From Neoechinorhynchus agilis (Eukaryota > Animalia > Acanthocephala), in assembly GCA_051530055.1 (NCBI GenBank), contig CM121342.1, positions 11,547,480-11,611,479 of the forward strand: DNA of 64,000 nucleotides, read 5' to 3'. Below, in pieces: positions 1-13,175 of this stretch. Numbering within the stretch: the stretch's first letter is position 1; each line of letters opens with the position of its first letter. The translations under genes and the position numbers were made by a program. The notes under the pieces were generated by a model. That model ran no database searches. It had not been told where the DNA came from and was given only the letters and a program-made list of their open reading frames with translations.

Positions 1-1
1 A

Positions 2-3000
2 GAGAAGGCCAAAGCATTGGACGAATTCGCGAATTGTCTTCTTGAGTCCCAGTCTTATAATAATGATGAGATTAGACAGAAAAGGGATGAAATGCGGGAA
101 TTACGGCGGAAGCTTTCAGATAAACTGAGAGAACGACGCGAAGCTTTGTCCATGAATATGAAAATTTTTTCATTTCAACGTGATGGAGATGAGTTTCAGT
201 CTTGGGCTTACGAGAAACTAAAAATTGCAACTGTACAAGACTACTTGGATCCTGCGAACTTATCAGGAAAAAAACAAAAACACGAGCAGTTCGTGAGTGA
301 AATTGAGGCTAGTCAGCCGAGATTAGAAGCTATTCTAAAGGCCGGCCGTGAACTACTTGACGATCCGCAAATCCGAGTTAGGAATGAAGATAAGATCGTT
401 GAACAAATGGATGAGCTTCAGTCTCTTATTGAAAGATTGCTCAAATTGACAGAATTTAAAACGGAAAAGTTAAATGAGGCGCTAGAAGCTCAGACTTTTA
501 TCCGAAACGCGGACGAACTTCACTTCTGGCTTGATGAAAGCCTCAGTCAAATCAATAGATCTAGGGACGATGGCGTGATAGATGTCGATAGTGTTTATTC
601 TCTTATAAAGCACCATGAAGCTCTTGAGGCAGAGTTGGCTGTCAAGAAAGATCGTCTAGATCAACTCAGTGATCAGATAGCTCAATTCGAGCAAAACGAA
701 CATTTTGATTGTACAAATCTTCTTCGCCGGCATGCTGCCTTATCCGAGAAATTCACGGCTTTTCTTCTTCCAATGGAAAATCGTAAAAAACAACTGCAAG
801 TTTTGCTGCAGTTCAGAAAACTCCTTCGTGACCTCGAAGATGAACAGTACTGGGTGAAAGAGCAAGAACCACTGATCATGAGTGTTAATCGCGGGAAAGA
901 TTTGATTGGAGCTCAGAATCTGTGTCGTCGGCATCGCGCATTGATTCAAGAAATTCTTAATCGTGAACCTCGGATTGAAGTTATATGCACGGAAGCTGAA
1001 AAACTTAGTGAGGCTGAAGACTACACGGCCGGTGAACTAAGACGAAACGTGATGGATTTGAAGGCAAGTTGGAAAGAGACGCGAGATCGCGTAGAGATTC
1101 GCCGTCAAGTTCTCGAAAACTCACTTCACGTTCAGCAGTATCTGGCGGACGCTGCTGAAGCAGAGAGCTGGATTCTTGAGAAGCAACCATTAGCTGAATC
1201 GATTGATTACGGCCGTGATGAGGATACATCATTTTCGCTTATTAAAAAGCACAAGGCAATGTTTAATGATATACGAAGGTTCGGCGCAGTCACCTTGGCC
1301 GATTTGAGAACGATGTTGAATAACTGCCTGGAGGAAGAAACCAGGATTTCGGAACAGTTCGAAGCTGCTGCGTGGAAGCCGCATTACGTCACGGCTCTTA
1401 GGGATTACGAGAAGCAGAGTGCTCGAGAAATTTCCATGAACACTGGTGATATTCTCCTTTTGTTGAACAGTTCGAGCCACAAGGATTGGTGGAAGGTTGA
1501 GTTAAATGACCGCCAAGGATTTGTCCCCGCTCAATATTTAAAAAAGATTGAACGGTGCCCTGTCGATAAAGAGATTGAACTCTATCAAACATTGAATGTA
1601 CGTCAGAATGACATTGAGAAATTATATGATACTTTATTGGACGCCTGTCGGTACCGAGAAGCCAAACTCGAAGAAAGTTGCGACGCCTTTAGAGTTATAC
1701 GAGAAGCCGGTGAGTTAATTTTGTGGATTGGCCAGAAGGAAGGCGAAGACAGAATGGGGGCTGTTGCTAGTACCTGTGAGGATGTTGAGGAACTTCAGCG
1801 GCGATTCGATGACTTTAAAAAGGAGCTTAGAATTAATGAGACTCGCGTAGGTGAACTGAACAAGATTGCTGAGAAATTGTTGAGTGTTGGTGGTAAAGAA
1901 ACTCAAGCTGCTCAGAGAATTGAGGAAGATATGCAGAAGCTGAACGCATGCTGGGAAAGATTGAAAAACAGAGCGGCCGAACGCGAGAACTATCTACAAG
2001 AAGCACACGAGGTTCAGCGGTTCCATCGAAACACCGATGAGGCTTTTGACTGGCTTCAAGATAAGGTGCATTCTCTTGAAGAAGTTGTGGCTAAGATATC
2101 GACAGGGGATTTGGTTTTTGAGGACCTTTCAGATGTTAAAAGGCTTCAACGAAAACATGATGCTTTTGAACGCGATTTAAACGCTCTTTCAGATAGAGTT
2201 CGTGAGCTGGATGAAGCAGCGGGCCGCTTGATGGAGTTGCATCCAGAACAAGCCCATGAGATTTATCAGAAGCAATCAGAGATTCAGAATGCCTGGTCAA
2301 TATTAACAGCTCGAGCTGACGAGAAAAAAGCCCATTTGCTCGACGCTTACGACTATGGGAGATTCGTTGCGGATTTTGACGAACTTTTGACTTGGTTGGA
2401 GCAGATGAAGGAACGAGTGTTAGACACAGAGCTCGCGCATGACGTTCCTGGAGCTGAAGCGTTACTCGAGCGCCATCATGAACACCGAACGGAGATCGAC
2501 GCTCGATCTGGACCGTTCCAAAGTTTTGAGGAATTCGGAAATGAGCTTATTTCAAGTCATCATTATGCCAGTGAAGAGGTCAAAAAACGTTTAGGTCGAT
2601 TACAAGAAGCAAGAGATGATCTTGAGAAGGCTTGGAAGGAGAGACAAGAAATTTTAGATCAATGTTTGGAACTACAGTTGTTCAACCGTGATTGTGACAC
2701 CGCCGAGCAATGGATGGAATCTCGTGAAAGGAGTCTTCAACAAAATGAGTATGGACCTCATGCTGAAGTTGAGTTGGCTATAAAGCGGCACGAAGATCTG
2801 GACCGCGCTATCGGCGCACAACAAGACAAGATCGAATCGCTGAGTCAATTTGCAGATCAACTTATTGGTCAACTGCACTATGATTCGGAATCTATTCAAA
2901 GACGCTTGAACGACGTTCTTCAAAGATGGGAACAGTTGAGGAAGTATTTGGTTGAGCAGAGAGCCAAACTTTGTGATTCCCAAACTCTCCAGGATTTCTC

Positions 3001-6000
3001 AAAGGACGCTGATGAGATCGAGGCTTGGATTGCTGATAAACTAGCCTTTGCTACAGCGACTTCCACAGCAGAAGCTTCATCCGTGATTTCGCCTGATAGT
3101 GTATGTGCTAATCAGCGCAATCTTCAAGGTCGTGCTCAGCGCCTTCAAGTATTTGAAGCTGAACTTTGTGCAAATAGTGAACGCGTGAACGCTTTGGTTC
3201 AGATGGGGCGCGGGCTTGTGGATGCTGGAAAATGTGGTGGTATTGAAGGTCAGGTTCATAATAGAATGCAGCAGATTATTGAACAATGGCAGTTTTTGGT
3301 AAGAAAAACGAACGAAAAGAGTCTTCGTCTGTCCGAAGCTTCTCGTCAACAAGCATTTACTGCAGCCGTTAAGGACATTGAGTTTTGGCTTGATGAGATG
3401 GAACATGCACTTTCTACACCTGAAATTGGACGTGATGCAATTAGCGTAGCTGAAATGTTGAACAAACATGATCTTATCGAAGCCGACATAGATGTTCATC
3501 GAGCAGCTATAACGGGGATAAATGAAGCAACTGAGCAACTGGAAGGCGATCAATTTAAAGTGATCAACGATGGAATCTGTAAACGGTATGCTCACATTGA
3601 GTCTTTGTGTAAGGACCGGCGAGCTGTTCTCGAAGAAAACAATGCGTTCCACCAACTTCTTCAGGATATTGACGAACTTTCGTCGGTCATAAAGGAGAAA
3701 ATATCCGTGTTGGAAGGATTGGGAAGTCGTGGAAACATCGAGCAAACAATCATTGATTTTAATTGTGCCCAGAAGTATAAGGCTAAACATCGTCGAGTGG
3801 ATACTGAGATTAAACAAGAACTTAAGCCAGGATTTGATAAAATGGTCACCGAGGCAAAACGACTTGAAAGCATTTCTTGTCTTACCGGGAACGTCGCTAT
3901 ACTTAACAAGAGAATTAGTGGACTACGATTGGAATGGGTTGAATTATGTGATCTCAACGAACGATGTTGCGAGAATCTTCGCGATGCTCTTGAGTACTTT
4001 GAATGGCAAGGAATATTAGGAGAGGAAATGGTTTGGCTGGAAAAACGAAAACGGGAGTTTGATTCGGGCAAATTAGCCGATTCGGTCGGATCCATTCAGG
4101 GAATGCTTAAAGCTCACGATGTGCTACGATCGGACATGACCGTCCATTGTGATTGTTGTGCGAAAATCAAGAAGGACGGACAGCAGCTCATTGAAAAGAG
4201 TAACTCATTTAAACATTTGATTCATGACAGCATTCTTAAACTTGATCTTCTTCTAAACGACGTCAAACGTAGTTTTGAAATTAGGAGAACACTTTTACAG
4301 GATAATCTAAGACTGTTGCAATTCGTATGGAAAACGGATGTTGTTGAAAGCTGGATTTCCGATCGAATGTCTCAATTGAAAGCAGTAGAAAGTGATATTG
4401 GGCACAATTTATCGGTGGTTCATAACCTTCTTGATCGTCATGACACTTTTGAAGCTGGTCTAAAGGCATTTTCCGGAATGAATGTTCTTCGTGAGCTCTT
4501 TGATTCACTGCCTATATCCGCTGCACCCAGCCAGAACGCGGCCGTGGCCGTAAGGGAATCTGACGTACCAGTTTATCCAAGTTATGAAATGGCGAGTAAT
4601 CGGTACAACGTCGTTAAGGATAAGTGGGATGAATTGTTGGAAACTGTTGAAGTGCGCCGTACGGGACGCAATGACCTAAACTTTTTGGCTTATGTGTCCA
4701 CTCAACTATTTGCTTTGGTTATTATTTCGGTTAGTCATCGGCACCCGAGAGGGATTGTTAAGGAATCCTATCTGGTGCTGATGACCGACCAAAATAATTA
4801 CATATCTAATCACCCGAATAAAATCATCAACTGTTTTTCCCTTCAAGTTTTCTCTGCTAGAACTTTCTATAGCTCTTCCATCAGAAAACGCTAGAATGTT
4901 TGCTCACAACAATTTTTAATCGAACATTTCGCGCATTTCATGACGATTTGCTTTGTTTTTGTACTTCAAATCGGTTCAATCATCGATATAAAATATCGGT
5001 TTTTTTAGCTTTGAAAATCAAATATTGTTTGTTGCAATATCGGTGGTTTATTTACTGAATAATTTTAATCGGATGAAATATTGTGACATAATTGTTTATT
5101 TCATTAAGGTCGTCTTACATTTTTTTAACTCCAAAAATTCAAAAAATTGATTTACATCATATGAATAACTCATTATTTACGTTAAAGTGTATTTTTTTTC
5201 GCTCTTGAACCGTTCTGTGACTTCGGTCAAACTGCGAAATGGTCGCCGTACTTCTTCTCAATGAAGAGATTTCGCGTATTATATTCGTCGCTGGTTCTAC
5301 TTTAAAGTTCGTGGATCACTGCGTTCAATAAGACACTGGAGGCAGTTGAACAGCGATTTCAAGAAATAGAGGATCACTTTTTGACATTTGCAAAGCGAGC
5401 GTCTGCATTCAACAGTTGGTTTGAAAATGCTGAGGAAGATTTGAGTGATTCTGTGCGAGTTCACTCATACGATGAAGTGATAGCTCTAATCAATGCACAA
5501 CAAGAATTCAAACAAGTTTTAAATACGGCTCATGATGATTTTGAGGACATAATGCAGCTTGATCACAAGATTCGAGATATGAAGGTAGGTCCTAATCCCT
5601 ATACTTGGTTTACCGCGGACACATTGATCGACACTTGGGAAAGTTTGGAACGTGCCGTACGGGAGCGTGATTCTTGTCTGATAAGTGAGCAGGAACGACA
5701 AGAACGAGATAATGAGCTTAGGGTAATTTTTGCAAAAGCAGCAGATGATTTTAGTCAAGCACTGGTTCAATTCCGATTAGCGATTAACAAACTCGATGGT
5801 TCGATAGAGGATCAATTAGCTAAACTAACAAACGCTCAAACTGAATTAAACGGAAGCTTTAAAGACGCTTTGGAGAATATAGAAAATGTTTCTAGACAAT
5901 TAGAAGAGCGTTTTATTGTTGAAAATCGATTTACGGTGCACAGTCCCTTAAGTCTTGCTCAAAGTTGGGATCAATCAAGACAAGTGGTGAATACAATGAT

Positions 6001-6622
6001 CAGAGACTTAAAGCAGCAGCTTACGGCCATGAGTGAATGTGGTGTGAGTAATCAAAGCCTCAAAGAGTACACGATGATGTTTAGACATTTTGATAAAGAT
6101 CGAACTGGTCACTTGAACCATTCTGAGTTCAAGAATTGTTTACGTGCACTCGGATACGATTTTCCTTCCGTTGATGAAGAACCTGGAGATGCGGCTTCAG
6201 GAGATGCTCAATTTGAGCGTTATATCGATCAGGTAGATTATATTCGAAGTGGAAGTATAAATTTAAGTTCGTTTATAACATTCATGATCAACCAAGAGAC
6301 AGAGCTCATTCAAAGTGTCAACGACCTTGTCGTTGCTTTTAAAGCTCTTACTCAACATGGACATCGTCCTTATATTACAAAGGAAGAGTTGAATGAGAAT
6401 TTACCCGTGGAGGTTGCTGATTTTTGTACCAGGAAAATGCCACCCTACAAAGACTCACATGATAGATTCATCGATGACGCTTATGATTATGAGGCCTTTG
6501 TGTTCTCATGCTTTGAAAATTTCCAACATAGATCCCACGTACAATCAACGGCTCATTTCAATAAGAACGATCAAGATCAGCCGAACAGTGGAGTCGCAAA
6601 TGGAGATGAGCAGCAAGCTTAA
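2..6622 (+). CDS. SPTAN1: Alpha-spectrin (non-erythroid type), 5'-partial; two exons (<2-~4661, ~5331-6622)
   Basis: The frame is open from base 2 ([12 protein letters not shown]...). It has tandem spectrin repeats, an SH3 domain ([51 protein letters not shown]), the alpha-spectrin motif [22 protein letters not shown] and C-terminal EF-hands ([26 protein letters not shown]). The exact splice junction is uncertain (see findings). Confidence 0.97.
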
Positions 6623-6697
6623 ATGCATTCATTATTTTGAGAAAAACATTTAAGAAAAAATAAAATGATTATGTGGAACTTCTAAAACAAGGAAAAC

Positions 6698-7036
6698 AAT
6701 TTATTTACTTGTGTTCAATCATTCATCGTCCAATAGCAATTTTTCTGTTTGGCAATTTTTACAACATTGACATATCGCCGTCTCGAGTAGGAACAAAAGA
6801 CCATCTTTAAAAACAGAGGAAATCCGCCCCTTCGGGCTATTGATTTCCTTGTCGTTTCTCAGTCCGCTTTTCGAATTTATAATGCTTAAAGGCACCAATA
6901 ATTAAAAAAATGCACCACAGAGAAAAATTTTAAAGAAAAATCACAAAATACTTTAATTCAATTCTTTATTGCGTTTTTGCTGAGAATTAGAAATGGAGGG
7001 AAAAATTTATTTACTTGTGTTCAATGATTCATCGTC
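6698..7036 (+). repeat. 33-bp direct repeat pair (6698-6730, 7004-7036) in the spectrin-ZMYM intergenic region
   Basis: aatttatttacttgtgttcaat(c/g)attcatcgtc occurs twice with one mismatch. Confidence 0.8.
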
Positions 7037-7521
7037 AAACATAGGGGAAAAATATTAAAGAAAAATGGGGAAAATTATAAGAATTAATTAATTTCAATAT
7101 TTTGGCACAAGCTTGTTGTTTACCTTGATAATACGATCTTCAAGCATAAACAAAAGTCATAAGATACTTAAATTAAATTTTTCATGGCGTTTTTACTGAG
7201 AATCACAGATTTTTTCCGTCCGGGCGCTTTATGACTTTTCATCTCGAAAGAAATCAATTTGAAAACCCACGCAATTTCGGCTAATTACATTTTTAATATG
7301 ATACTCTTGTTTTTTTGAGGTTCTCTTGTCGCGATGGAACTTGAAACTGTTTTTTGATTCGATATCCTTTGCGCATCGAATTGCTAATTTAATGATGTTA
7401 AGAAATTAGAGATTAATTCCGTTTCACGATATTTCGTCTTGTCGGATTTCTTACCGATAAACTTCACGAAAATAGGTCATTTTTGAACACTTTTAACATC
7501 GTTTCCTTTAGACGGAACTCA

Positions 7522-9056
7522 ATGACTGAAATCAAACGCGAACGTTCATTTGACGAAAGTGGCGTTGTTTATAAAACTCCTCTGCCATCGGATGTCGCTG
7601 ACGATGCTCCGGACGTTCTCTTATATCCACTCGTTCAACGAAACGTAAAGACGAACACTAAGCGATGTTCAACGACCCGTTCTATTTCATGTAGACATGA
7701 TCATTTCGAGTTCAATTGTTCTACCGGGATCCGGATTGATCATGAGTTAAGCCTATGGTTCGTGACATCGGAACTCAGACGATATCGGATGAATTTGGAC
7801 TGATTCCAATTCCAATGCCAACAACGGTTCCGGTGCCGTTTTGCATGTACAAATGTAATGTTCCCCTCTTGGTCCCGATTCCGGTTCTTATGCCTTATCC
7901 CGTGTTTTTGCCAATATCTCCTGAAAAGTTCGGTGAATTCTGCGATCAAGTCCAACTTATGGACGGAGTTATCCGATCGAACGAGAACGAAGAATTGTAC
8001 GCGCAAAAACGAATGATTTCCTCTAACCATCCAGAACCATCAATCAATGGTCCTTCTATTCCAATTGATCACAAACACAATTCCACTCTTGGAGCTCGAT
8101 TATTCAATGATTTTGTAGCTAAACTCCACTCCGAGGATGCATCGATTCCTCGGTCATTCACCGAACACACCGCTAAACAACTTTGCGAAACACTTTTAAG
8201 ATTTATCTCTCAACTTAAAAAATCTGACGGATCCCCTTGTTCTCCTGAAGCACTCTATTTCGTCTGTATCGGAATTCATTATTATCTTCAACTCATAGGG
8301 AGAGAAGAAGACATTTTCTATGATAAAGAATTCAATGCCTTTTCAAGCGTACTATTCGATCGAATTCAGCATTCCGCTATTCAGATCGATCTACGGAACA
8401 ATAGCATTTATTCAACGATAAGTGAGCCAGTTCTGTGGAAGACCCGAATGCTTGGTGCTCATTCTCCTCGAATTTTACTGAACACGTTATTTTATTTAAA
8501 TATTAAGTGCTTTCTTATTCGAGGAATCAAAGACCACTACGACCTAACTTTCGCAAATGTCCGACGACACGTTAAACGCTGGGTTCTACCAGTCGAAACC
8601 AATGCTGGAAAGGAACAAATACTCGAAAATAAGATGAGTGAAAGTGAGGAGAGAGAAAATCAACGTTATCGCGAAATGCGTAGGCAAAGGTTCATCCGTT
8701 ACTATCCTACGCATGATCCAGATCTTATTTTTGAGCAAATGGAAGATCGATCTTTTTCTGTACATTGCGCATGTCACATTTTCGAATTCTATGTTGCAAG
8801 GTGTCCGGTTCACCTTCGACATTCGAATCAGTGCCTTTATCTTGAACCAGAGAAGTCCGTCTGCCCCGAATCACCAATCTGGTTCAGTGCAAAAACCGTT
8901 TCAAATCTCACTTTGAAGAAAATGGCTCTACAAACGAGAATGGTAAAGGAAATGTCCGAGCTAGAAGTTGCGTTTGCAACAAACTGTGCGGACTCTATGG
9001 GCAGTGCTCGAATCACAGGATCGCAATACACAGAGAGCTCCAGAATGACTGGCTGA
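7522..9056 (+). CDS. ZMYM2/3/4-Woc/QRICH1-family protein (Pro-rich PxP tract plus DUF3504), no MYM fingers visible; one 56-nt intron at ~7691-7751
   Basis: Motifs: PIPIPMPTTVPVP...VPIPVLMPYPVFLPI; KSDGSPCSPEALYFVCIGIHYYL; LWKTRMLGAHSPRILLNTLFYLN; CPVHLRHSNQCLYLEPEKSVCPESPIWF. These match the ZMYM C-terminal Crypton-derived domain. The start codon is tentative, and a further 5' exon is possible (acceptor-like tttag at 7507-7511). Confidence 0.88.
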
Positions 9057-9544
9057 CCCGTGAAATGCTATTAATATGTGATGATGTGCGTTTCTTCAAA
9101 CAAATTAGAACAAAAATGAATTTTCTTTAACTTTTTCACACGCTTAAATGTCTTCGAAGAAAGCGAAGAAGCTCCTTACATCCTTTTAGTCTATCCATAA
9201 AACAATTCTATAGCCTTCAAATGTACTCCACATTGCGAACGAGAGTTCTGGACATCATCTTTACGAACGTTCCACATTTCGATGTCGCATCTTTAACACA
9301 CTTCACAACTCCACACGCCTTTGTAGACTCCCGAGTAAGCCGTAAGACGGCGAATGCTCGAGAATAAAGATTATCATTAAAACAGCCCTCTCCCAGGTGT
9401 TCATTTTCGAAAGCAAAACTTGATAAATTCATTGTGGATGGAAACTCAAGTAGTATTTTACAAGATTATGAACATGCGGTTAAACAAACCGATCTTTACT
9501 ACTATCACAACGACGGCGAAAGCTCCTTGATCGTTGAACATCTT

Positions 9545-9880
9545 TATCCTCCATTGTTTCGAAGATCCGGCAATCCTTTTTTGAATCGCTGATTTTCTGA
9601 TAAAAATAGTTTTGTTGTGACTAACCATTTTTCAACCTTGGTTAAAAATTCTACGGTGCCTGGTCCGAATGCGAAACACGCCCCATGTGGAATATATTAA
9701 GAATATAGTGAATGATGTGCAAAAATCTTTACCAGTAAACTTAAAATATGATCCGGAAACGCAGCGAGTGGGGTCGCGACCACTGAGGGGAGAGCGATGC
9801 CGCTTCGTGGACGATGGTGATTGTTGAAACGTTTTGTTGTTGTGTGCGTAACCGGTGAATCTTAATAAAAATAACTTTTT
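9545..9880 (-). CDS. Possible small two-exon gene of unknown function
   Basis: A GC-richer open stretch (...FQQSPSSTKRHRSPLSGRDPTRCVSGSYFKFT) can splice GT-AG in phase to GTVEFLTKVEKWLVTTKLFLSENQRFKKGLPDLRNNGG*. No recognised domain. Confidence 0.2.
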
Positions 9881-10490
9881 CCAAAAAAAACATTAGTCTT
9901 ATAGTATTAAGGTTGTTTTTGGCCCAGTGAGGTTTTTGTTCGAGTGAGTAACAAATTGCAAGCTAACCACCGCATTCAAAATCTATAAAAATATAACTAG
10001 TTAATCCGTCACAATGCATTTGTTACAAAATTCATTCTCTCTCTTGGACATTTAGGAATACGACACAGAATTTCAATAACTGAAACGATTCCGCCCTTGT
10101 AAAGTTTTGAAGAGAAAAGCATAAATATCACAAGAAAATATTTCCAGTATAATGGTTTGCTTTAAACCTTTATTCTGAGCATTATTATTTTAGGATACTG
10201 TTTTTGCGTGCCCACTTTTTTTTAATCATAGTGATTTTTTATTTCCATATTTAGGGCGACAAAATCTTAATGTCAGGTGCGAATTTTCTTTTAAACAATG
10301 AGTTAAAATGTTTATCGAATCAAAACCAAGTGACTACACAAAGATCATCGACCATCAAACATTAAAAACGTTAATTTTTCTAGAAGTATTAAAATCTCTA
10401 AAGCATATACTGATCTTCTTGTGAATGTGGACCGCACACGGGACACTCACTGACCGGCTTCGCCTGTATTAACTACAATAGACTACATGA

Positions 10491-11867
10491 TTAAGCAGTC
10501 TTAAAAAATACCTGACTTTGAGCGTCTTCGACGAACGAAATGTGATCAATAGAATCCTTTGTGTCCAGGGATACATTTATTTGAACATTATCCATTTGCG
10601 CTGGTTGAAACCTCCATTCGACACTGGAGTTTACGCTTGAGAGACAATACGTGCCGATCACATAGTGTAGTTCATTGCTGTATGGATTACGCAATGCTTT
10701 GTATTGGCAATCCAGAGTGATACATGCTCCATCTGATCGAATAAATCGGCAAAATCGTACGATTTGTTCTACTTCTGAACCAATCGAGCACTGAATAGCA
10801 AGCTGAATTCGTTGCTTGTCCTGATCAACGCAAAATTCTCCTATAAGGGCATTCAAGAGTTGGTCTTTTGGTATACCGAACAAGTGAGATGTCCTTTTAG
10901 TGGATTAAAAAATTAAAGTAATGCAAAAAGGAATAATACCCATTGCTTAGGTAAACGATGTTCCCATTTGGATCATGGCGCATGTAAGCTCGATGCGGTT
11001 GTGCCAAAGAAGGATTAGAGATTGGAACAAAGCTAGCAATGGCGATAAAACATCTCTGCTTTTTAGAATCACTAGAATGTAGATCAAAAGTGAATTTTCC
11101 GTTCATTACGGTAGCCATGTAGTAGTTCTCGTCTTCTTGCACTTTCCACCGGCATGCGATTTGGCCCCTTGCTTCACCGTCGTCCGGACTTTCAAAGTCT
11201 AAATGCCTAGGAGCTCCGTTCTTCAACTCAACCCGATTCATTGAAGTTTCCGGCTCGTTGAGAAATTGTCTCATTGGCGCGATGTCGTCAGGGTGGATGA
11301 GAGAGTAAACGGAACTCGATATCGGCTTCTGATTAATGGATTAGGACTGCAGCTAAGATTGACATAAACTCACAATTGTGTCTTTTAGGATCAATTCACT
11401 TCTTGAATGAAATAAAATAGTGCCATTTTCACACTCTATCACAGTTATGAACCCTCCAGTGACCTTAAAAGAACTTGTAAGCATGAAAAAAATAGATTAA
11501 TACTTCATGCAAGATGGTCATCATTTGTTGTTCGTTCATGAATTCCCTACACTTTGCTTAAAAAAAGATGCAATTAAATTTTTTGGGAACAACAAATTTG
11601 TACCTTTGATTTTATTGACAAGTTGGGCGGCCATTCTCAGAATAGTCAATTTATCAGGTCTTCTTGAAAGATGGCTACAGGCTGGAACGGCATCGCACAG
11701 TTCGCTGAATAAACTCGTCATTTTAACCCGTCTTCGTCGTTCAATCTCACAATGGTTTTCCCTAAACGTAACATTAAAACCACCAGCATCCAGAATCGAG
11801 AAAACCTCGCCAATCTTTCTTTAGTAGCCTCATCTATAGTTTTTCTTCGCCTAATTGGCTTATCCAT
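10491..11867 (-). CDS. ARNT: ARNT/tango-like bHLH-PAS transcription factor, multi-exon
   Basis: Spliced KERLAR|[44 protein letters not shown] (bHLH); PAS-A ([24 protein letters not shown]); PAS-B/PAC ([15 protein letters not shown]). Short GT-AG introns join these in phase. Both termini may extend by an extra exon. Confidence 0.93.
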
Positions 11868-13175
11868 TTTTGAAAGGTCGTATGAAGGCGACCTCAAAAT
11901 TAATAGACTTCTCTAGCACAATCCGATCTCAACAACAATTGATCTCTTGTACGTGTCCTAAATATCTCCCACGTGTGCAGTTCGAAGCAGTTTAGCATGG
12001 CCCGGTGAGAAACGTTTCTCAGTTTGTGGCACGTCTTTTGTCTCCTTGGTAAAATTGTGATCGAGAGAGAAATATCACAATTGCAGAATAGACGCTCAGA
12101 ATCGGCGATTCGTTTCTTAGCGAAGTCAAACGTTATTTTCTATTTTACAAATTTTTAAGAATATATTTCGAAATAAGAGAGCCCGGCTCGTCAGTCATTG
12201 TTTAAGTATTTTATTCACTCAAATGTTATCATCCCGATGGATTTTACGTTCAATTCGTTACGCAGTTAATGTTCAACGTCAGGCTTCTGGATCTAAAAAG
12301 AGAAATGAACTAAAAAGCGAACCATAATTTAACAGCAACTGAAAATTGAGGCTTCGATTATTGCTTTCTAAATCGGCAAGTAATTGGACACGAAACAATC
12401 ATTGTACGTCCGAATCTAAAGTATGGATTAATATATACTTGCCAATTGATTATCCCAAATTATATTTTTTACACATTTAAATCCTTCTTTTTTGCTCGTC
12501 CTTTTTATGTCAAAAAGCTCACTTTTGTTGCTCAAAAATGATTACTCGGCGGATTCGTGGACCTTTTTTAGATGAATCGGATTTCCTGATCAGACACAAA
12601 AAACGAATTTGCCTAAATCGTTCTATTTTTTATTACATAATTTTTTATTTTTCATAATTTTATATAAAAATTCTTTACAAAAATTATATTAAAATGTTAA
12701 TATGTGAGGAGATAGCGGGCTAATTGATTAAAAGTGTTATTTAGATGTCTTAACTCGGTAAAAAGAATTATTTATTAAAGACGTTTAGAAACTCGTCGGG
12801 TTCATCATAAGTTCGTTAGTTATCAAACGACGAACACATCTAAAAAGTTATATTATTTAAACAAGGCTCAAAGTTGCGATATGAACTTAGGCATTGCATC
12901 GAGAATCCGGCATTCCTTTTTTGAATTGCTGATTTTCTGATAAAAATAGTTTTGTAATTGCGATCAACCATTTTAAAATCTTGGTGTCTCAGTGGCGACG
13001 GATTGATTCATTTGTACTTCTCCCCTTTTCAATGCCCTTTTCGCCACTTCACCGGTGCCAGAAACTGCAAGGGACAAGTTGCTTTTAGCAATCGTATTCG
13101 GGTTAAGTAGGAAACTAAAAAAGGACGTTACAAAAAATAATAAGTTTGACTCTGTAAATTCAACAGCAATCACCA

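Noticed and set aside
682-4508. Antisense ORFs over spectrin (up to 246 aa) and similar ones over THOC1 and Acinus
   Set aside because: They are shadow frames of long coding exons with no recognisable motifs.
4662-4894. Hydrophobic C-terminal extension of the 1625-aa ORF as a true spectrin terminus
   Set aside because: It is read-through into the insert; spectrin homology resumes at about 5331 and ends with EF-hands at 6622.
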